Shown here: in pieces, positions 1-11,472 of the stretch
Layout: the number at the start of each line of letters is the position of its first letter
Position numbering within the stretch: the first letter of the stretch is position 1
Source: Thalia democratica
Lineage: Eukaryota
Assembly: GCA_965202585.1 (NCBI GenBank)
Contig: OZ241826.1
Location: 21,390,001 to 21,454,000 of the forward strand
Length of the DNA: 64,000 bases
Reading direction: 5' to 3'
Program-made: the position numbers and the translations under genes
Notes under the pieces: generated by a model
What the model saw: only the letters and a program-made list of their open reading frames with translations
Told to the model about the DNA's origin: nothing
Database searches by the model: none

Positions 1-698
1 TTAGGACAATAATTATCGACTATTATCTCTAGGGAATGATTGTGCTTCGGTGGTACAGTATAGTCAGGTTTCTTAGTAATTTCTGGAAATTTAGCAAGTA
101 AGGCCTTACATCTTTCTTCTAAAGAATTTTTGCCTGAGTTTATCAGTTCGACACTGTTGATTGATGCAACTACAGGGCTGGAAAAGTCTGAAGCCACAAG
201 GAGTTTTGTCTTACGGCCTGAAATTGCTGAGCGTAATTGTGACTTGGCTGGCAGTATTTCTAATTCATTCGCTTTTAGAAAATCAAGTTCAATGATACCA
301 TAACCCCTTGACTCTGGAGTTATCCAAAAGGTATGTGTGAAATTACCTAGTTCACTAACATTAACTTCTATATCTGCACTCCCAACTGGGTGAATTACTG
401 AGTCGCCTATTCCTTGGATACTTTTGCTATTAGGGAGAAAATATTTGTTAATACCATTAGTTAAAGATTTCGGTAAAAGTGATATCTCACTTCCAGAATC
501 GATTAAAAATAACACATTTGTATTCAAATCTGAAACAAACTGAAGATTTTGTGGCAAATTATTAGGGTCAACAAAAGAGTTTTTGACCAATTTGAAAGTC
601 CAGCGCAATGGACGTTCGGGAGACTGTTTAGCAGTCTCTGTAAGAGGACTTTTAATCCCGCCATCTGATCCTCTCACTGCGACGAAGACGGGAAGTCG
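1..698 (-). CDS. pol: Ty3/gypsy pol, N-terminal part (aspartic protease), partial at window edge
   Basis: My manual translation of the -1 frame relative to gag is open from 698 to the edge (about 232 codons): ...FVSDLNTNVLFLIDSGSEISLLP...GYGIIELDFL...ALLAKFPEIT. The DSG catalytic motif is at 492-500. Confidence 0.9.
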
Positions 699-2647
699 TT
701 TTTTGTTGGACGTTGAGTTCTGATACCTGCCATTTCACACGTCCCCGGGGCAGCGCATTCATAGGCGTTATTCCCAAACTTTCTATGTCTGTGACAGAGA
801 GTACTTGAAGTCCCGTTGTTGCCTGTATTGTTGTGATTGCTATTATTTTGTCTGCCTTGATACCCATTGACAACAGGGGTATTGTTTTGGTGTGTCCGAC
901 CCTGGAAATTATCTCTAGGGTGGCCAATGACTCTAGAATCAGGAATAAAATTACAATCTTGATGGCCAAAATAGTTGTTTGCATTATTTTGGTAGCCAGA
1001 GTTTCGGTCTATATGTCTATAGCTATTCATGTGATAGTTAGATTTACTCTTTCTTTGACTTGGTCTATTAACATTGTAATTAATATTCCTTGAAGCCTCT
1101 ATACTACGTTGGTGATTGGCATCACAAATATCCCTGCAACGACGCTTAAAATTTTCTATATCTAAGCTTAAGACTTCTCTCATTTTACCTTTTAAGTGTT
1201 CAGGAGCTAGGTGAATGTATAAAAACTTTCTTAAAGTGTTAGAGTCTTTCATTTCTGCCTCCCACTTCGTGACTTCTAGTTCCAAAGCTTGGCCGTTTAG
1301 ATTGTTGAAATCAGGTCTAGGCAGAAGAACTCTACCAAGCTGACCATCCCTATTTGACAAGTAATCAATAAGACTCTTGTAACAACGTCTCCCATACTCG
1401 ACAGTAGTGTAGAAATTTCTTATATCTTTATGTGGCCAGACTGAAGTCAAAATTTGGTAGCGCAATTGAGAGTCAAAAATTTCAAGACTTCGGCACATAT
1501 CTTCAAAATAGCTTATTTCATCTCTAGGGTTAGCGGTAATATCTATCTTAATAATAGATTTAAGTTCAGAGATCCTATTGCTTAAATTGAATCCCCTATA
1601 ACCACCCCCTGGCAAGTTAAAGTCAACAATGTTATTGAAATTTGAGTCAGGCTTGGAAGTTGTCCTCATTGAGTTATTATCAATATGATTATATTCACCC
1701 CTGGCATTCACTAACCCATTGATTATTTTAGTTCTACTAGGACAGGTCTGCTGTAGAGGATCTCTGCAACTGGCTTGCATGTCAAGCTCAAGGTCATGTG
1801 CTTCTTTGTTTATTGACAACAAAGTTTTTTTTCTTTTTTGTAACTTTAACTCTTTGAGACGTTTAGCTTGACGCTCAATTTCTAACTCAACCATCTGTAA
1901 TTCTTGTTCAGTTGTTGCAGATGCTAAGTTGTCTGAGTTTATGGCTTGACTAATGTCTCGTACCTCACTGGACACTTGGTAGGGTAAACAGACCTTAGTA
2001 CCTAAGTGGGTAGAATTAGTTGTGTTGTGATACCCACCTATATTATGTATGCTTGAATTAACCTTGATGTCAGGCTGAAACTGGCCCACTATGGCTTGTT
2101 GACTGTAATTTTGAATGTGATTTATTTTAGTATTACTATTAATGGTATATGGTATATAATCATTATGGGTATCATGCATAAAGCTAGCCATGGTATGATC
2201 TGTGTGAAAATGTTGAGGGTCTTTACAACTTGTGTTAGGGTTTGGTAGGTTTTCTTTTAGTGTCAGATGTGACTTACTTTCCCCTACTATTGTTTGTACA
2301 TTGTTAATATCATTTTTAGTAAATAACAAATTGTTCTGAGTTGTGATGGCCAAATCTGAATTTGGTGAAAAACATGGATCAATTTGACTGGTATGGTAAG
2401 ACCCACTTAAACTTATGTTAGGTTGATGTGTATGACTGACCGAAAGGTCGATATTCTTGTTCTCGAGGACGCCAATGAAACCAGAGGAGGTTGGCATGCC
2501 AACTTCCAAGGGTTTGTTTAGGAGGGTAGGAGGGTCAATGGTGGACTCATGGCTAAGAGGTCTTTGGCTCTGAATGCGAGCACTCTTAGCCCGAGTTTGA
2601 ATCCTAGTGTCTGGAAGACACTCTGGGTTTGGACTGACCCGTGACAT
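674..2647 (-). CDS. gag: Ty3/gypsy Gag (657 aa)
   Basis: Long ORF with a helical capsid-like middle region and a C-terminal Cys/His knuckle (LCHRHRKFGNNAYECAAPGTC). It lies directly upstream of a protease frame and downstream of an LTR candidate. Confidence 0.85.
   Translation of the reverse strand: MSRVSPNPECLPDTRIQTRAKSARIQSQRPLSHESTIDPPTLLNKPLEVGMPTSSGFIGVLENKNIDLSVSHTHQPNISLSGSYHTSQIDPCFSPNSDLAITTQNNLLFTKNDINNVQTIVGESKSHLTLKENLPNPNTSCKDPQHFHTDHTMASFMHDTHNDYIPYTINSNTKINHIQNYSQQAIVGQFQPDIKVNSSIHNIGGYHNTTNSTHLGTKVCLPYQVSSEVRDISQAINSDNLASATTEQELQMVELEIERQAKRLKELKLQKRKKTLLSINKEAHDLELDMQASCRDPLQQTCPSRTKIINGLVNARGEYNHIDNNSMRTTSKPDSNFNNIVDFNLPGGGYRGFNLSNRISELKSIIKIDITANPRDEISYFEDMCRSLEIFDSQLRYQILTSVWPHKDIRNFYTTVEYGRRCYKSLIDYLSNRDGQLGRVLLPRPDFNNLNGQALELEVTKWEAEMKDSNTLRKFLYIHLAPEHLKGKMREVLSLDIENFKRRCRDICDANHQRSIEASRNINYNVNRPSQRKSKSNYHMNSYRHIDRNSGYQNNANNYFGHQDCNFIPDSRVIGHPRDNFQGRTHQNNTPVVNGYQGRQNNSNHNNTGNNGTSSTLCHRHRKFGNNAYECAAPGTCEMAGIRTQRPTKNDFPSSSQ
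698..704 (-). promoter_or_regulatory. -1 ribosomal frameshift slippery heptamer A AAA AAC
   Basis: The heptamer is in the correct X XXY YYZ phase of gag, 7 codons before the gag stop. A -1 slip enters the open pol frame. CCCGTC/GGCGGG downstream could form a stem. Confidence 0.75.
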
Positions 2648-2742
2648 AGTTTAATTTTACTTTAATAAAAATTATTTAATAATATAAAACACAAAATAGT
2701 TGGGATAAATTTATATACTAAAAACTTAATAGTAAACCAATT

Positions 2743-3170
2743 TGTAACAAAATATAAAAAACTTAAAATGAATAATGTAGTTAAAATTAGACAAAAATTA
2801 CAATAAAAACTCAGCTATGAAAAAAATCAATAAAATTTTATAAACTGTTATAAAATTTTATACAATGTTAACAGAATTCAAGAAAATACTTAAATTTGTC
2901 TAAAAACAATTTAAGTATCTTGCTTATAAAAAAGTCAATAAAATTAGTCACTAGCACTCAGGGAAAGGTGATTCTGCTGGAAGACAATAAACTTCACTCC
3001 AATTCTTTCCTCAGAACTCAGCCTGCTCACTCTAACAATGTCCAAGCTTACAATACTCCTTTACTTGACTGAACTATTGTTATAGCAACAATTTCAAATT
3101 TAGCTTTCCGAACAACAAAGTGTTTCCAATTAAAAAATAGAAAATTGGAATAAAATAACGTATCGTTACA
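2743..3170 (-). mobile_element. Candidate 5' LTR (428 bp)
   Basis: Termini TGTAAC...GTTACA are perfect 6-bp inverted ends. On the minus strand it is followed by AATTGGT and then gag 95 bp later. No second LTR is in the window and no PBS tRNA was identified. Confidence 0.6.
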
Positions 3171-3660
3171 AATCAACATAGTAACATCTGCAAATAAACG
3201 CTTTCAAGTTATACACTTTAATTATTAACCTGTAAATTTTTATTATAAAAAGGAAATATTAAAGCTCACTAATATTTTATTATTTTTTGCCCCATTTGAA
3301 TGAATTCTATAGTTTATTAAACTTCTATATAAATTACTTTACTATCATGCGTAAGGAATGTTCTAAGAACTTACGTGCTTTTATCAGTTTTTACTATCCT
3401 AAAATTCTTAAAACGTAGTAAAGAGCTTTGAGTTATAAACTTTAAAATGTATCAAACATAATCATTTTTAGGTAGAGCTTCGAAAAATTAAAACGCTTTT
3501 GTTTAAAAATTTTATAAGAAAGTTATTCAGCTTGTAAGTGTCAATAGTAGATTAAGTATTTCATTTTGTAATGATTAAAGTAAAATAAGAGGGAAAGTAC
3601 GTTGGTAAAATCATAAACAAAAAAACATATTTTATATGATGATTTTATTACTTCAGCTCT

Positions 3661-5100
3661 TCATTTATTCAAGTACTGGCTCTTCAGCCTCTTTGTGAGC
3701 ACTTTCTGCATCAGCCTGCTCTGCGCTCTTTCCATTCTGAGACTGTTCTTCATCTCGTTCGCCATCATCTCCCTCCTGATGCTGTTCTCCAGCAGCTTCA
3801 TCTTGTACTGCTTGCCCTTCGACATTTCCGACTGGTCGTAGCTGCCCCTCCTCTTCCTTATCTTCAGAGCGAGCAGCTTGGCCTTCTTGGCCCTGAGCTC
3901 CCCTCTCAGACTCGACACCGACTGCGACCTCGGGCCCCGGTACACCCTGCGCCTCTTCTCCGGCGCCACCTGCGGGCTGACGTTGTACCTCGGGCTCATC
4001 GGCTTCTTGGGCGGCGTCTTGAACATCCGCCTCATCCTGATCGCCTTTGCCCTTTCCAGCTTCCTCCTCTGCGCCATCTCCTTGCCCACAAGGTCGTGCA
4101 TCTTGAGCCGGTGCTCCTCGTACGCCTGCCGGTCGCCCGCCGACCTCGCCAGCCTCTTGTTTATCCGCTGCCGGTACTCCGCCTCGCTCGCGTCCATGTT
4201 GGCCTTCAGCCTGAAAGACCTCAACCCGATTGTGAACTTCCTGAGCTGCTGCCTGTTCTCCTTTAGGTGCCACCCGACCCACTCTTCCAGCAGGTTGAAC
4301 GTCTGCGTCACGAACGAGTCCTGCCTTATCGAGCTCGCTGCCTCCACCTTGACCCACACCCTCTCCATGAGCGTGTTCCAGTAGTGCTGCCACCGCCACG
4401 CCTTCTGGTACACCTCCCTGTACTCCTTCGTCCTCAGCCTGCCCCGCTCCCACAAAAAGTCGGTCACCTCCTCCATCATCAGCTGGACGTCCCGCAGCGC
4501 GTCTCGCACGTCCTGGATCGTCACGTTGAAGAACACCTTCCTGCGGTCCCTGTCCGTGGCCGACGCGAACAGCTCCATTATGTCCTGGCTGAATCCCTGC
4601 TCGTCCTCCAGCGTCAACTCGGGCCGCTTGCTCCGCGCCCTCAGCTGATCCAGATCCTGCAAGCGGAGCTGCAGCTTCCCGTTGATGCACCCGATCAGCA
4701 GTCGCTGCTCGCGGCTCCACTTCAGGTTGAACTCGGGGAGCTTGTAAACGACCCTTTTCTTCGGCGATTGCTTCTTCTCGGGAGTATTCTTCTTGGGGGT
4801 CTTCTTCTTGGGCGTCTTCTTCTTGGGCGTCTTCTTTACGGGCGCCTTCTTGGCGGGCGCCTTCTTGGCGGGCGCCTTCTTCTTCTTCTCGGGGAACAGC
4901 GGTTCGCTATGCGCTTCCCTTTGGCTCAGAAACTTGATCCACCTGTAGTTCTTGCCCTTGGACGCCATCGTCGCCTCGACCATCTCGTTCCACAGTTTCT
5001 CTCCCGGGAAATACCCGCTCTGCTCGCACAAGTCCTCGTTGGGAATCACGAGCCGCTGCTCCGGCCGCTGGTGCCTCTTGGATCCCGGTGTCAATGACAT
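3661..5100 (-). CDS. Intronless K/R-rich protein of unknown function (479 aa from first ATG), H1-like repeats
   Basis: Long ORF with strong GC3 bias in AT-rich DNA. The ORF-track start at 5118 is TTG; the first ATG (5100, context AAAAAC-ATG) is preferred. AATAAA lies 11 nt after the stop. Paralogous to 12617-13468. Confidence 0.85.
   Translation of the reverse strand: MSLTPGSKRHQRPEQRLVIPNEDLCEQSGYFPGEKLWNEMVEATMASKGKNYRWIKFLSQREAHSEPLFPEKKKKAPAKKAPAKKAPVKKTPKKKTPKKKTPKKNTPEKKQSPKKRVVYKLPEFNLKWSREQRLLIGCINGKLQLRLQDLDQLRARSKRPELTLEDEQGFSQDIMELFASATDRDRRKVFFNVTIQDVRDALRDVQLMMEEVTDFLWERGRLRTKEYREVYQKAWRWQHYWNTLMERVWVKVEAASSIRQDSFVTQTFNLLEEWVGWHLKENRQQLRKFTIGLRSFRLKANMDASEAEYRQRINKRLARSAGDRQAYEEHRLKMHDLVGKEMAQRRKLERAKAIRMRRMFKTPPKKPMSPRYNVSPQVAPEKRRRVYRGPRSQSVSSLRGELRAKKAKLLALKIRKRRGSYDQSEMSKGKQYKMKLLENSIRREMMANEMKNSLRMERAQSRLMQKVLTKRLKSQYLNK
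4772..4890 (-). repeat. 15-nt coding tandem repeat (KKAPA/KKTPK units)
   Basis: Encodes KKKKAPAKKAPAKKAPVKKTPKKKTPKKKTPKKNTPEK. Confidence 0.95.
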
Positions 5101-5161
5101 GTTTTTTGTTTTGTCCAAACTCGTCTCCTTGCACTCTTTGGCTACTTGTAGAAACAGTTTC

Positions 5162-5190
5162 TGCCTCTGCGAATTTCAAAAAACGTCACA
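5162..5190 (-). promoter_or_regulatory. Upstream module shared by the two paralogs (copy 1)
   Basis: Plus strand reads TGCCTCTGCGAA-N9-ACGTCACA, 62-90 nt upstream of the ATG. Matches 13562-13592. Confidence 0.6.
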
Positions 5191-7884
5191 GTCGTTGGGA
5201 AATGTTTTGAACACGGAAAGGAAAAAAATTGCGCCATTATCCGTAGACTGATGCATTTTGAGCACGGTTGTCAGTTCGTGCTTTTTCAAAGGGTTTTAGT
5301 TTTTGAAACATTGTAAAAGGTTTCAAGTTAATAAAGTCTCTGGTAAACACTACTTAGAGTGTTATGTTTTTGAAATTATCTTCAAAGTAAATTGTTGCTT
5401 GTCGTTTGAGTTTTTTTTTCTAATGTTTGGAAACAGTCCCCACTGTAACTTTTTGTGCGTACAACCCTTTTCAACTGTTAACACCTCGTTTTAAAACAGT
5501 CTTCACGTTTACGCTTTCATACAAGTTTGTTTATTTTTTAACTAGTCTGTTTATTTTTCTACTTTGCCTAGTTATGTTGCTTACAAGGCTGTAAGTGATT
5601 TTAAACGTTACTTTATTGATTCCTTTTGTTACTTGGTTTAGTTTTTTAGCTTAAAACTATATACTTTATGTTTAATTTCTTTACTTTGATAAGAAACAGT
5701 GAAACTAATAATTAAGCATGTAACTTTAGCGGTTTGAAAATCTAACTTTTAGAATAACCTAAACGAGCAAACCAATAAACAATGCATACAATATTTAAGA
5801 TTGATCTTAAATTATTTCATAAATTAATCACCAGTGAGAGTTAAACTAAACTGAAAACGCGAGAAAATTATTCGGAAAAAAAATCGCTATGTGAGAATTA
5901 AAACAATAATTTTAAGGTATAATAGACTTGTTTGGTATAATAAATTAAACAAGAATTATTATAAATACAAATGATAAATGTTAATGGGTTTTTAAAACCT
6001 TTTTTAAAGTGATAAGAGAAAACTGGAGAAAGTATATTATGAGTATTTAATTAAAGGTAAATTCTAATTGGTATTATTAAAAAGTTGGTAGTTAAATATA
6101 ATTTACCATTATGAAAAGAAAAGTCAATCGAAAATTACAATATATGTAAACTTATGATTGATATAACAAAAAAGCTGGGCATTTAGGTGTAACTTTTAAG
6201 CTAGTTACACCATGCATTGTAATTTAACTTAAACCTAAAATGAAAATATTTAGAAGAGGAATTTACTATCAGCTTATGTTGTCAAAAATGAACAAAAAGG
6301 TAATATAGATTTACAGAATTAAAAAAGCTTAAACTAAATTTGTTTGTGTAAAAGTTTACAATGATTCATATCAAGTAAACTTTAATAACTAAGTAATAAA
6401 GGTAAAGTATTAGAAAAAATAACTACTTATAATCTTTATACTAAATTACTGATAAAGAAAAGAAGAAAATTAAAGACTTTAACACGAAAAAAATTAAAGT
6501 AATATATTTCAAATTTGAAACAACTATTTCAGTATATTTAGAAATTTGAGACAAGTATTGTAAAATGTGCAAAACTAAAAATCTTTTATTTACAAAGACT
6601 AAAAACTAAGTACAATTTCAGCTAATAAAGTACAATTTAGTCAAATTTAGTGCTGCCTCTTCGAAATTTATAAAAACGTCATAATTATAAACTGTTAGAA
6701 AAATTGAAAATCTTATGAAAAAAAAATCCGTTATTTTTTATAAACTAGCACAATTTCTGCTCCAACTATTCTCTTACTCTATATAGAATATAAAATTAGA
6801 GTTTTATTCTCTGTTATATAAGTGCGACCATCTTGACAATTAAACAAGCTAATGTTGACTGTAAAACAATTCGACAATCATATAATTTTTTCATGAAGCT
6901 TCTAGCTTCGTTTACATTATAAATTAAATTGAAAAGCGGGAAATGCAGAAATAAACTTAAAAAAAATAAAAAATTTCCTACCAATATTTTCACACAACTT
7001 TATGGGGAAGAAAATAAGTTTCGGGAAAATTATTAAAACGCCTGGCTGTGAAAAGGGACTCGAAGAACAACTAGTCAAACGGGTTGAAGAAGGATTTTGA
7101 AGTTACCATAAAAAATATTTCGTTTCGAAAGCAGCAGAATCTTTAGCTGTTTACAAAACTGAGAAATGGAAAAAATAAGAATATACATAAGTAGAACAAA
7201 TCTGTTCTTAGAACATACTTGTATCGTGTGCGGAAAAGTCAAATCTAATACAAAGCTGAGTATATAACAATGTCACTAAAGTGGGAAACATTTTAAAATG
7301 ATAAAATCCGTTAGTGCCTGCAAATTAGTTAAAATACTTTTTGCCATCAAAGCACTTGTTTTTTGAATACAAGTTGATTAACAATTCTAATCCTTAAGTT
7401 ACACTTTACAAATAGTTAACATTAAATTTTTTTGTACTTATAAAGTAATATGCCGTGCTTATAAAACATTTAACTGTATTTATAATTAGCTTTAACTGTC
7501 ATTAATACTTAAGAACAAGTAATTTTTTTGTTTAGTTATAAATAGATAAAGATTTATAAGACTAAACTAATTCATTTAGATGTTTTAACTTTATTAAAAA
7601 TGCAATCAAAAACTTTAAAAGTAAAAACAGTTTTTAACACAGAATTATTCAGTCAACATATAACAATTCCCTACTAAGCATATCTAAACAAGTGCATAAA
7701 AATGTAACGACAGTACAGTGCAATAAGTAAAGAAATTTAACTTTTTGAATATGAGCTATATAGCTACAGGTAACTAAAAAGTATAAATATTTTGCTAAAA
7801 ACTAGGAATACATCACAAATAAAATCAATTTTAAGTATGTTTTCAAACTTCTGTAGTAAGTTTTCTAATCTAAAGTACTTAAGT

Positions 7885-8059
7885 CAGTGCTTCTGAACCT
7901 TTTTCTAGTGGCGGAACCCTTTTTCAAAGTTCAAATTTTCCGAGGAACCCCTTATTTTAATTTTACATAAAATGTTTAATGAAATAATTGTTCTTTTTTA
8001 AATTTTGAAAGGCTTCGCGGAACCCTAGGGTTCCGCGGAACCCCATTTCAGAAGCACTG
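7885..8059. mobile_element. hAT (Charlie-like) MITE, 175 bp
   Basis: 13-bp TIR CAGTGCTTCTGAA/TTCAGAAGCACTG, perfect 8-bp TSD ACTTAAGT (7877-7884, 8060-8067), and an internal 22-bp palindrome at 8016-8037. Confidence 0.92.
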
Positions 8060-8719
8060 ACTTAAGTGATACAATGCTGAGTAGAGAGACATTATTTTTA
8101 GGATGTTTCTGAGTTTCATTTGTAAATTAAAAATACTTCTAATAAAAAAGTTTTAAGTTTTAGTCTAAAATTAAAATAAAAGTAAAGATTAAAAATTATT
8201 GAACAAAAGCTACTTATATGCTCTAGTTGACTGAAATTGAAGTTAGTATTTTTTATGTACAAAAGAATTTAAATAAAGTAAAACGAAGGGTATGGTTTGT
8301 TTACATTAAGTTTAGATATTTTCAGCGACTAGCAACAAACCTTATCATAAAAATTAACTATTCGCAAAGTATAGACAAAGAGTTGAAAGTATTGCATGTA
8401 AGAAACAAATTACTTCAAAAGAGTTAAGTAAAATGGCTAACATAAGTACGAGATATTGTCTTATGCTTTTAGGAACAAAGTATATCAGTTTTACTTAAAT
8501 AATAATAGAAACTGTTTTACTTGTAGTGAACTAACTATTATAAACTTAAAATACATAAAACAAAGTAGTACTGATGCTGGGTTTATTTTTGATTGAAACC
8601 GTTCTTTACAAAAAAAATAATTTATCTCGACTGACCTAATCAATGAGTTATTAGCTTATAATGAAATTTAAAAGAAAAATATTTAGATTTAACATTGTCA
8701 ACGACTCTTTCTATAAATT

Positions 8720-9205
8720 CTTCTCTTTTTGCTTCATTACTTTTGCCCTGCCTGTCCACCTGAATCTTGCTTTTCCTGCCAGTAGTCCTGCTTGTCGTAC
8801 ACTTGTCGCCTTGATATTTTCCTGAAGCAGCTGACTTGATTACTATCTGATTGTCATAATAGTTGTAGATTAGCTTTCTAAAGTAAAACTTGTTTTTTTA
8901 TTTTTTATAAGAAATAGAAACTATTTGGTTTTATTAATATTAACAAACCAATAGTAAACATTATAATTTGTAACAAACAAAGAAAGTCGTTTAATTTGCA
9001 GTTTTGGCTTCTCTTAGACAATATTCACTTTAGTTTCTTTGACTTTGCACCTGCATTCTGTACAACTGCCTCTCTTGAAACCTCCTCCTATGCTCCTGCT
9101 ACGGTAATCTCCAACTTACTGTACTTTTGTCGCGCAGATATTTTCCTGAAGCGCTTTTACTGACTTCTATCTGATTATCATTAATCGGCATTGATTAGCT
9201 TTTTC
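8720..9205. repeat. Diverged direct duplication, period about 324 bp
   Basis: Shared core GATATTTTCCTGAAGC...CTATCTGATT.TCAT...GATTAGCTTT at 8813 and 9137. Confidence 0.75.
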
Positions 9206-10392
9206 ACTGTCGGCTGCTTTAAAGTCACACAAAATGTTTATGAGTTTATTTTAAATATTACAATTAGTCCAAAAAAATTAATACTGTATGTTGAAAGACT
9301 AATAATATAAATAAAAATAAAGCCAAGTTAAAAAATTGTAGTAATTAAGTTTTAGTTAGTTTAAATAGTAACCAGTATAATGAATTGCATTAAGTATGTA
9401 TAATCACAATATAAACTAATGTAAGCAAACTTTTAACGAACTCCAGAGATGTTAAGTAATGAATGACAAAACGTTTATAAATGTTTCATTTACATAAACA
9501 TAATGTATTGTCAATTAAGACATTAAATTTAAAAGTGAAGACGAATTTTAACCATTTTATTGCCAAAGCTGTATTGATCTTTAACTTACTTATCTATGAC
9601 TTGCACGGTATTTTATTTGCTATTTTCATATATTTAGCTGAAAAAACACAGTTTCTTTTGTCAAGTTAAAGTTAAGTACCAACTGATCGAAATATTTCTG
9701 TGTTGGCAAGATGACGTTTACAAAACTGATAAAAAAACATAATTTATTTAGATAAGCAAACTTACTTTTCTATACAACTTTATGGCTCCGTTGTTACCAA
9801 TGATTTTTTCAATTCGATATTTTTTTTCAAATCTGCCACAACCACAACTTTTTCATTTAATTTTTGCAGTTTTATTAATTTGAAAATACTTGAATAACTT
9901 ATCAAATACAGCTTCGATTTTTTTATGAACTTTCTTTAAAAAGTTTTGTAGAAATTGTTTTGAAACTTTGATTAATACTTGCTTATTCATTACAACAAGT
10001 TTTGTCCATTGAATGCTGTATGAAGTTTAATGAAGGACAAAAAAGACGATCAAAATATTAGGTCATAGGATCTGGTGCACGAAGAACCTTTTGGTTATCG
10101 ATTCGTTCACCAAAGATAGTTTTAATGTGTTGTCGAGGACCAGGGTTACTAAATTAATACAATAGCGGTAACCGATTTAAGTTTTAAAAGTAATTAAAAC
10201 CATTTAAAGGACTTCATATAAAGAAAACTATTAAAAAAAAAGTATAGAATTACAAGTGAATTTATATATGATATATTATAAAAAATACAACTTTTGAGTT
10301 TTAAAGTAAGACAAACGTAATTTTTTCTAACTTGAGCACATAGGCTAAAATCAGAAATTTTAACTAAACAGGCAATTAAAAAAGCACACAAG

Positions 10393-11472
10393 ACTCAGTA
10401 CGAAGACGACGGAGATAAAGTCAGGCCAGATGCATAACAACCGTCAGAAAAGGTAGATGGTCGTAGAAGAAGCTGGAAAAGATGAAGGCCAACAAAGAAA
10501 ACCGAAGAAAGTATTGGATCTAGAGCACTATTCACTTAGAAGGAGCAGCTTGCAAAAAAAAAAATATTTAATCTAAATTTAAATTGGAGGTAACGTAAGA
10601 TATCTAATAGAGTGAAACATTGTTTCATGATAAAAATCTTTGAGTATAACATTTGTAAACTTAGTTTGATCAAGACAATTCGTCAATAAAAAAACTTTAC
10701 CAAAAAAAAACTGAATCAAGCTTTATAATTTATTATCAAAACTATCAAACAAGTCAAAAAATGTGTTAATAAACTTTATTATTGTAATTTTTAGTTTTTG
10801 ATGCTTTTATTAAAATTTGAATGCTGTAATAAATAGAGGTTACTAGATTAAATATTAGAAGTAACAGAAAAAGTCAATTTAGAAAACTTTATTTAAGGTA
10901 GACTATAAACAGTAAAGATTTAAAGTTTAAGTTATGTTCTGTAAGGGATATTTTGTAAAAAACACAGTTTCTGCATTTTCAGTTTGATAAAATAAGTTTT
11001 TTTAAGTTGAGCACTTAGCTTAAATTACAGTTTTTAGTAAAAACATGTAATTAAAAAGAAGACGAAGTTCAGTTAGAAGATGACAGCAAAAGAGTTAGGC
11101 CAGGTGTAGAACAATCGGGCGAAAAGGTATCTAAAAAACCGATGAAGGCCAACAAAGAAAACTTAAGAAAGTGTTGGATCTAAAGCACTATTCACTTTAA
11201 GGAAGCTGCTAGCAAAAAAAAAGTAAAGTTTTAATCTAAACTTAAGTTGAGGTAGCGTAAGATTTTTAATAGAGTGAAACATTGTTTCATAATAAAACTT
11301 TTTGAAACACAATATTTGTAAACATAATCTGGATCAAGTTAATTAGTTAATTAGCAATTTTTACAAAAATAACTAAATCAGGGTTTATAACTCATTATCA
11401 AAACTACCGAATAAAGTCAAAATATGTTAGTAAACTTTATTTTTGTCTTTTTGATTTTTCAAGCTCTTATTT
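10393..11472 (+). pseudogene. Two tandem decayed copies (period about 670 bp), probably relics of the 479-aa gene family in inverted orientation
   Basis: The duplication is clear (e.g. GATGAAGGCCAACAAAGAAAAC and TAATAGAGTGAAACATTGTTTCAT occur in both copies). Homology to the gene rests on short, ordered peptide matches only. Confidence 0.45.

Noticed and set aside
652-1093. 110-aa and 86-aa ORFs inside gag
   Set aside because: Alternative frames of gag with no independent support.
3665-5251. Overlapping alternative-frame and antisense ORFs (351, 276, 168, 99, 90 aa)
   Set aside because: Shadow ORFs expected from the strong GC3 bias of the 479-aa gene; their compositions are skewed.
6186-6211. 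9-bp hairpin GGTGTAACT/AGTTACACC
   Set aside because: Isolated and short, with no TSD or other context.
6800-7330. Coding-like fragments (YHKKYF, CIVCGK)
   Set aside because: Possibly a decayed transposase, but too fragmentary to assign.
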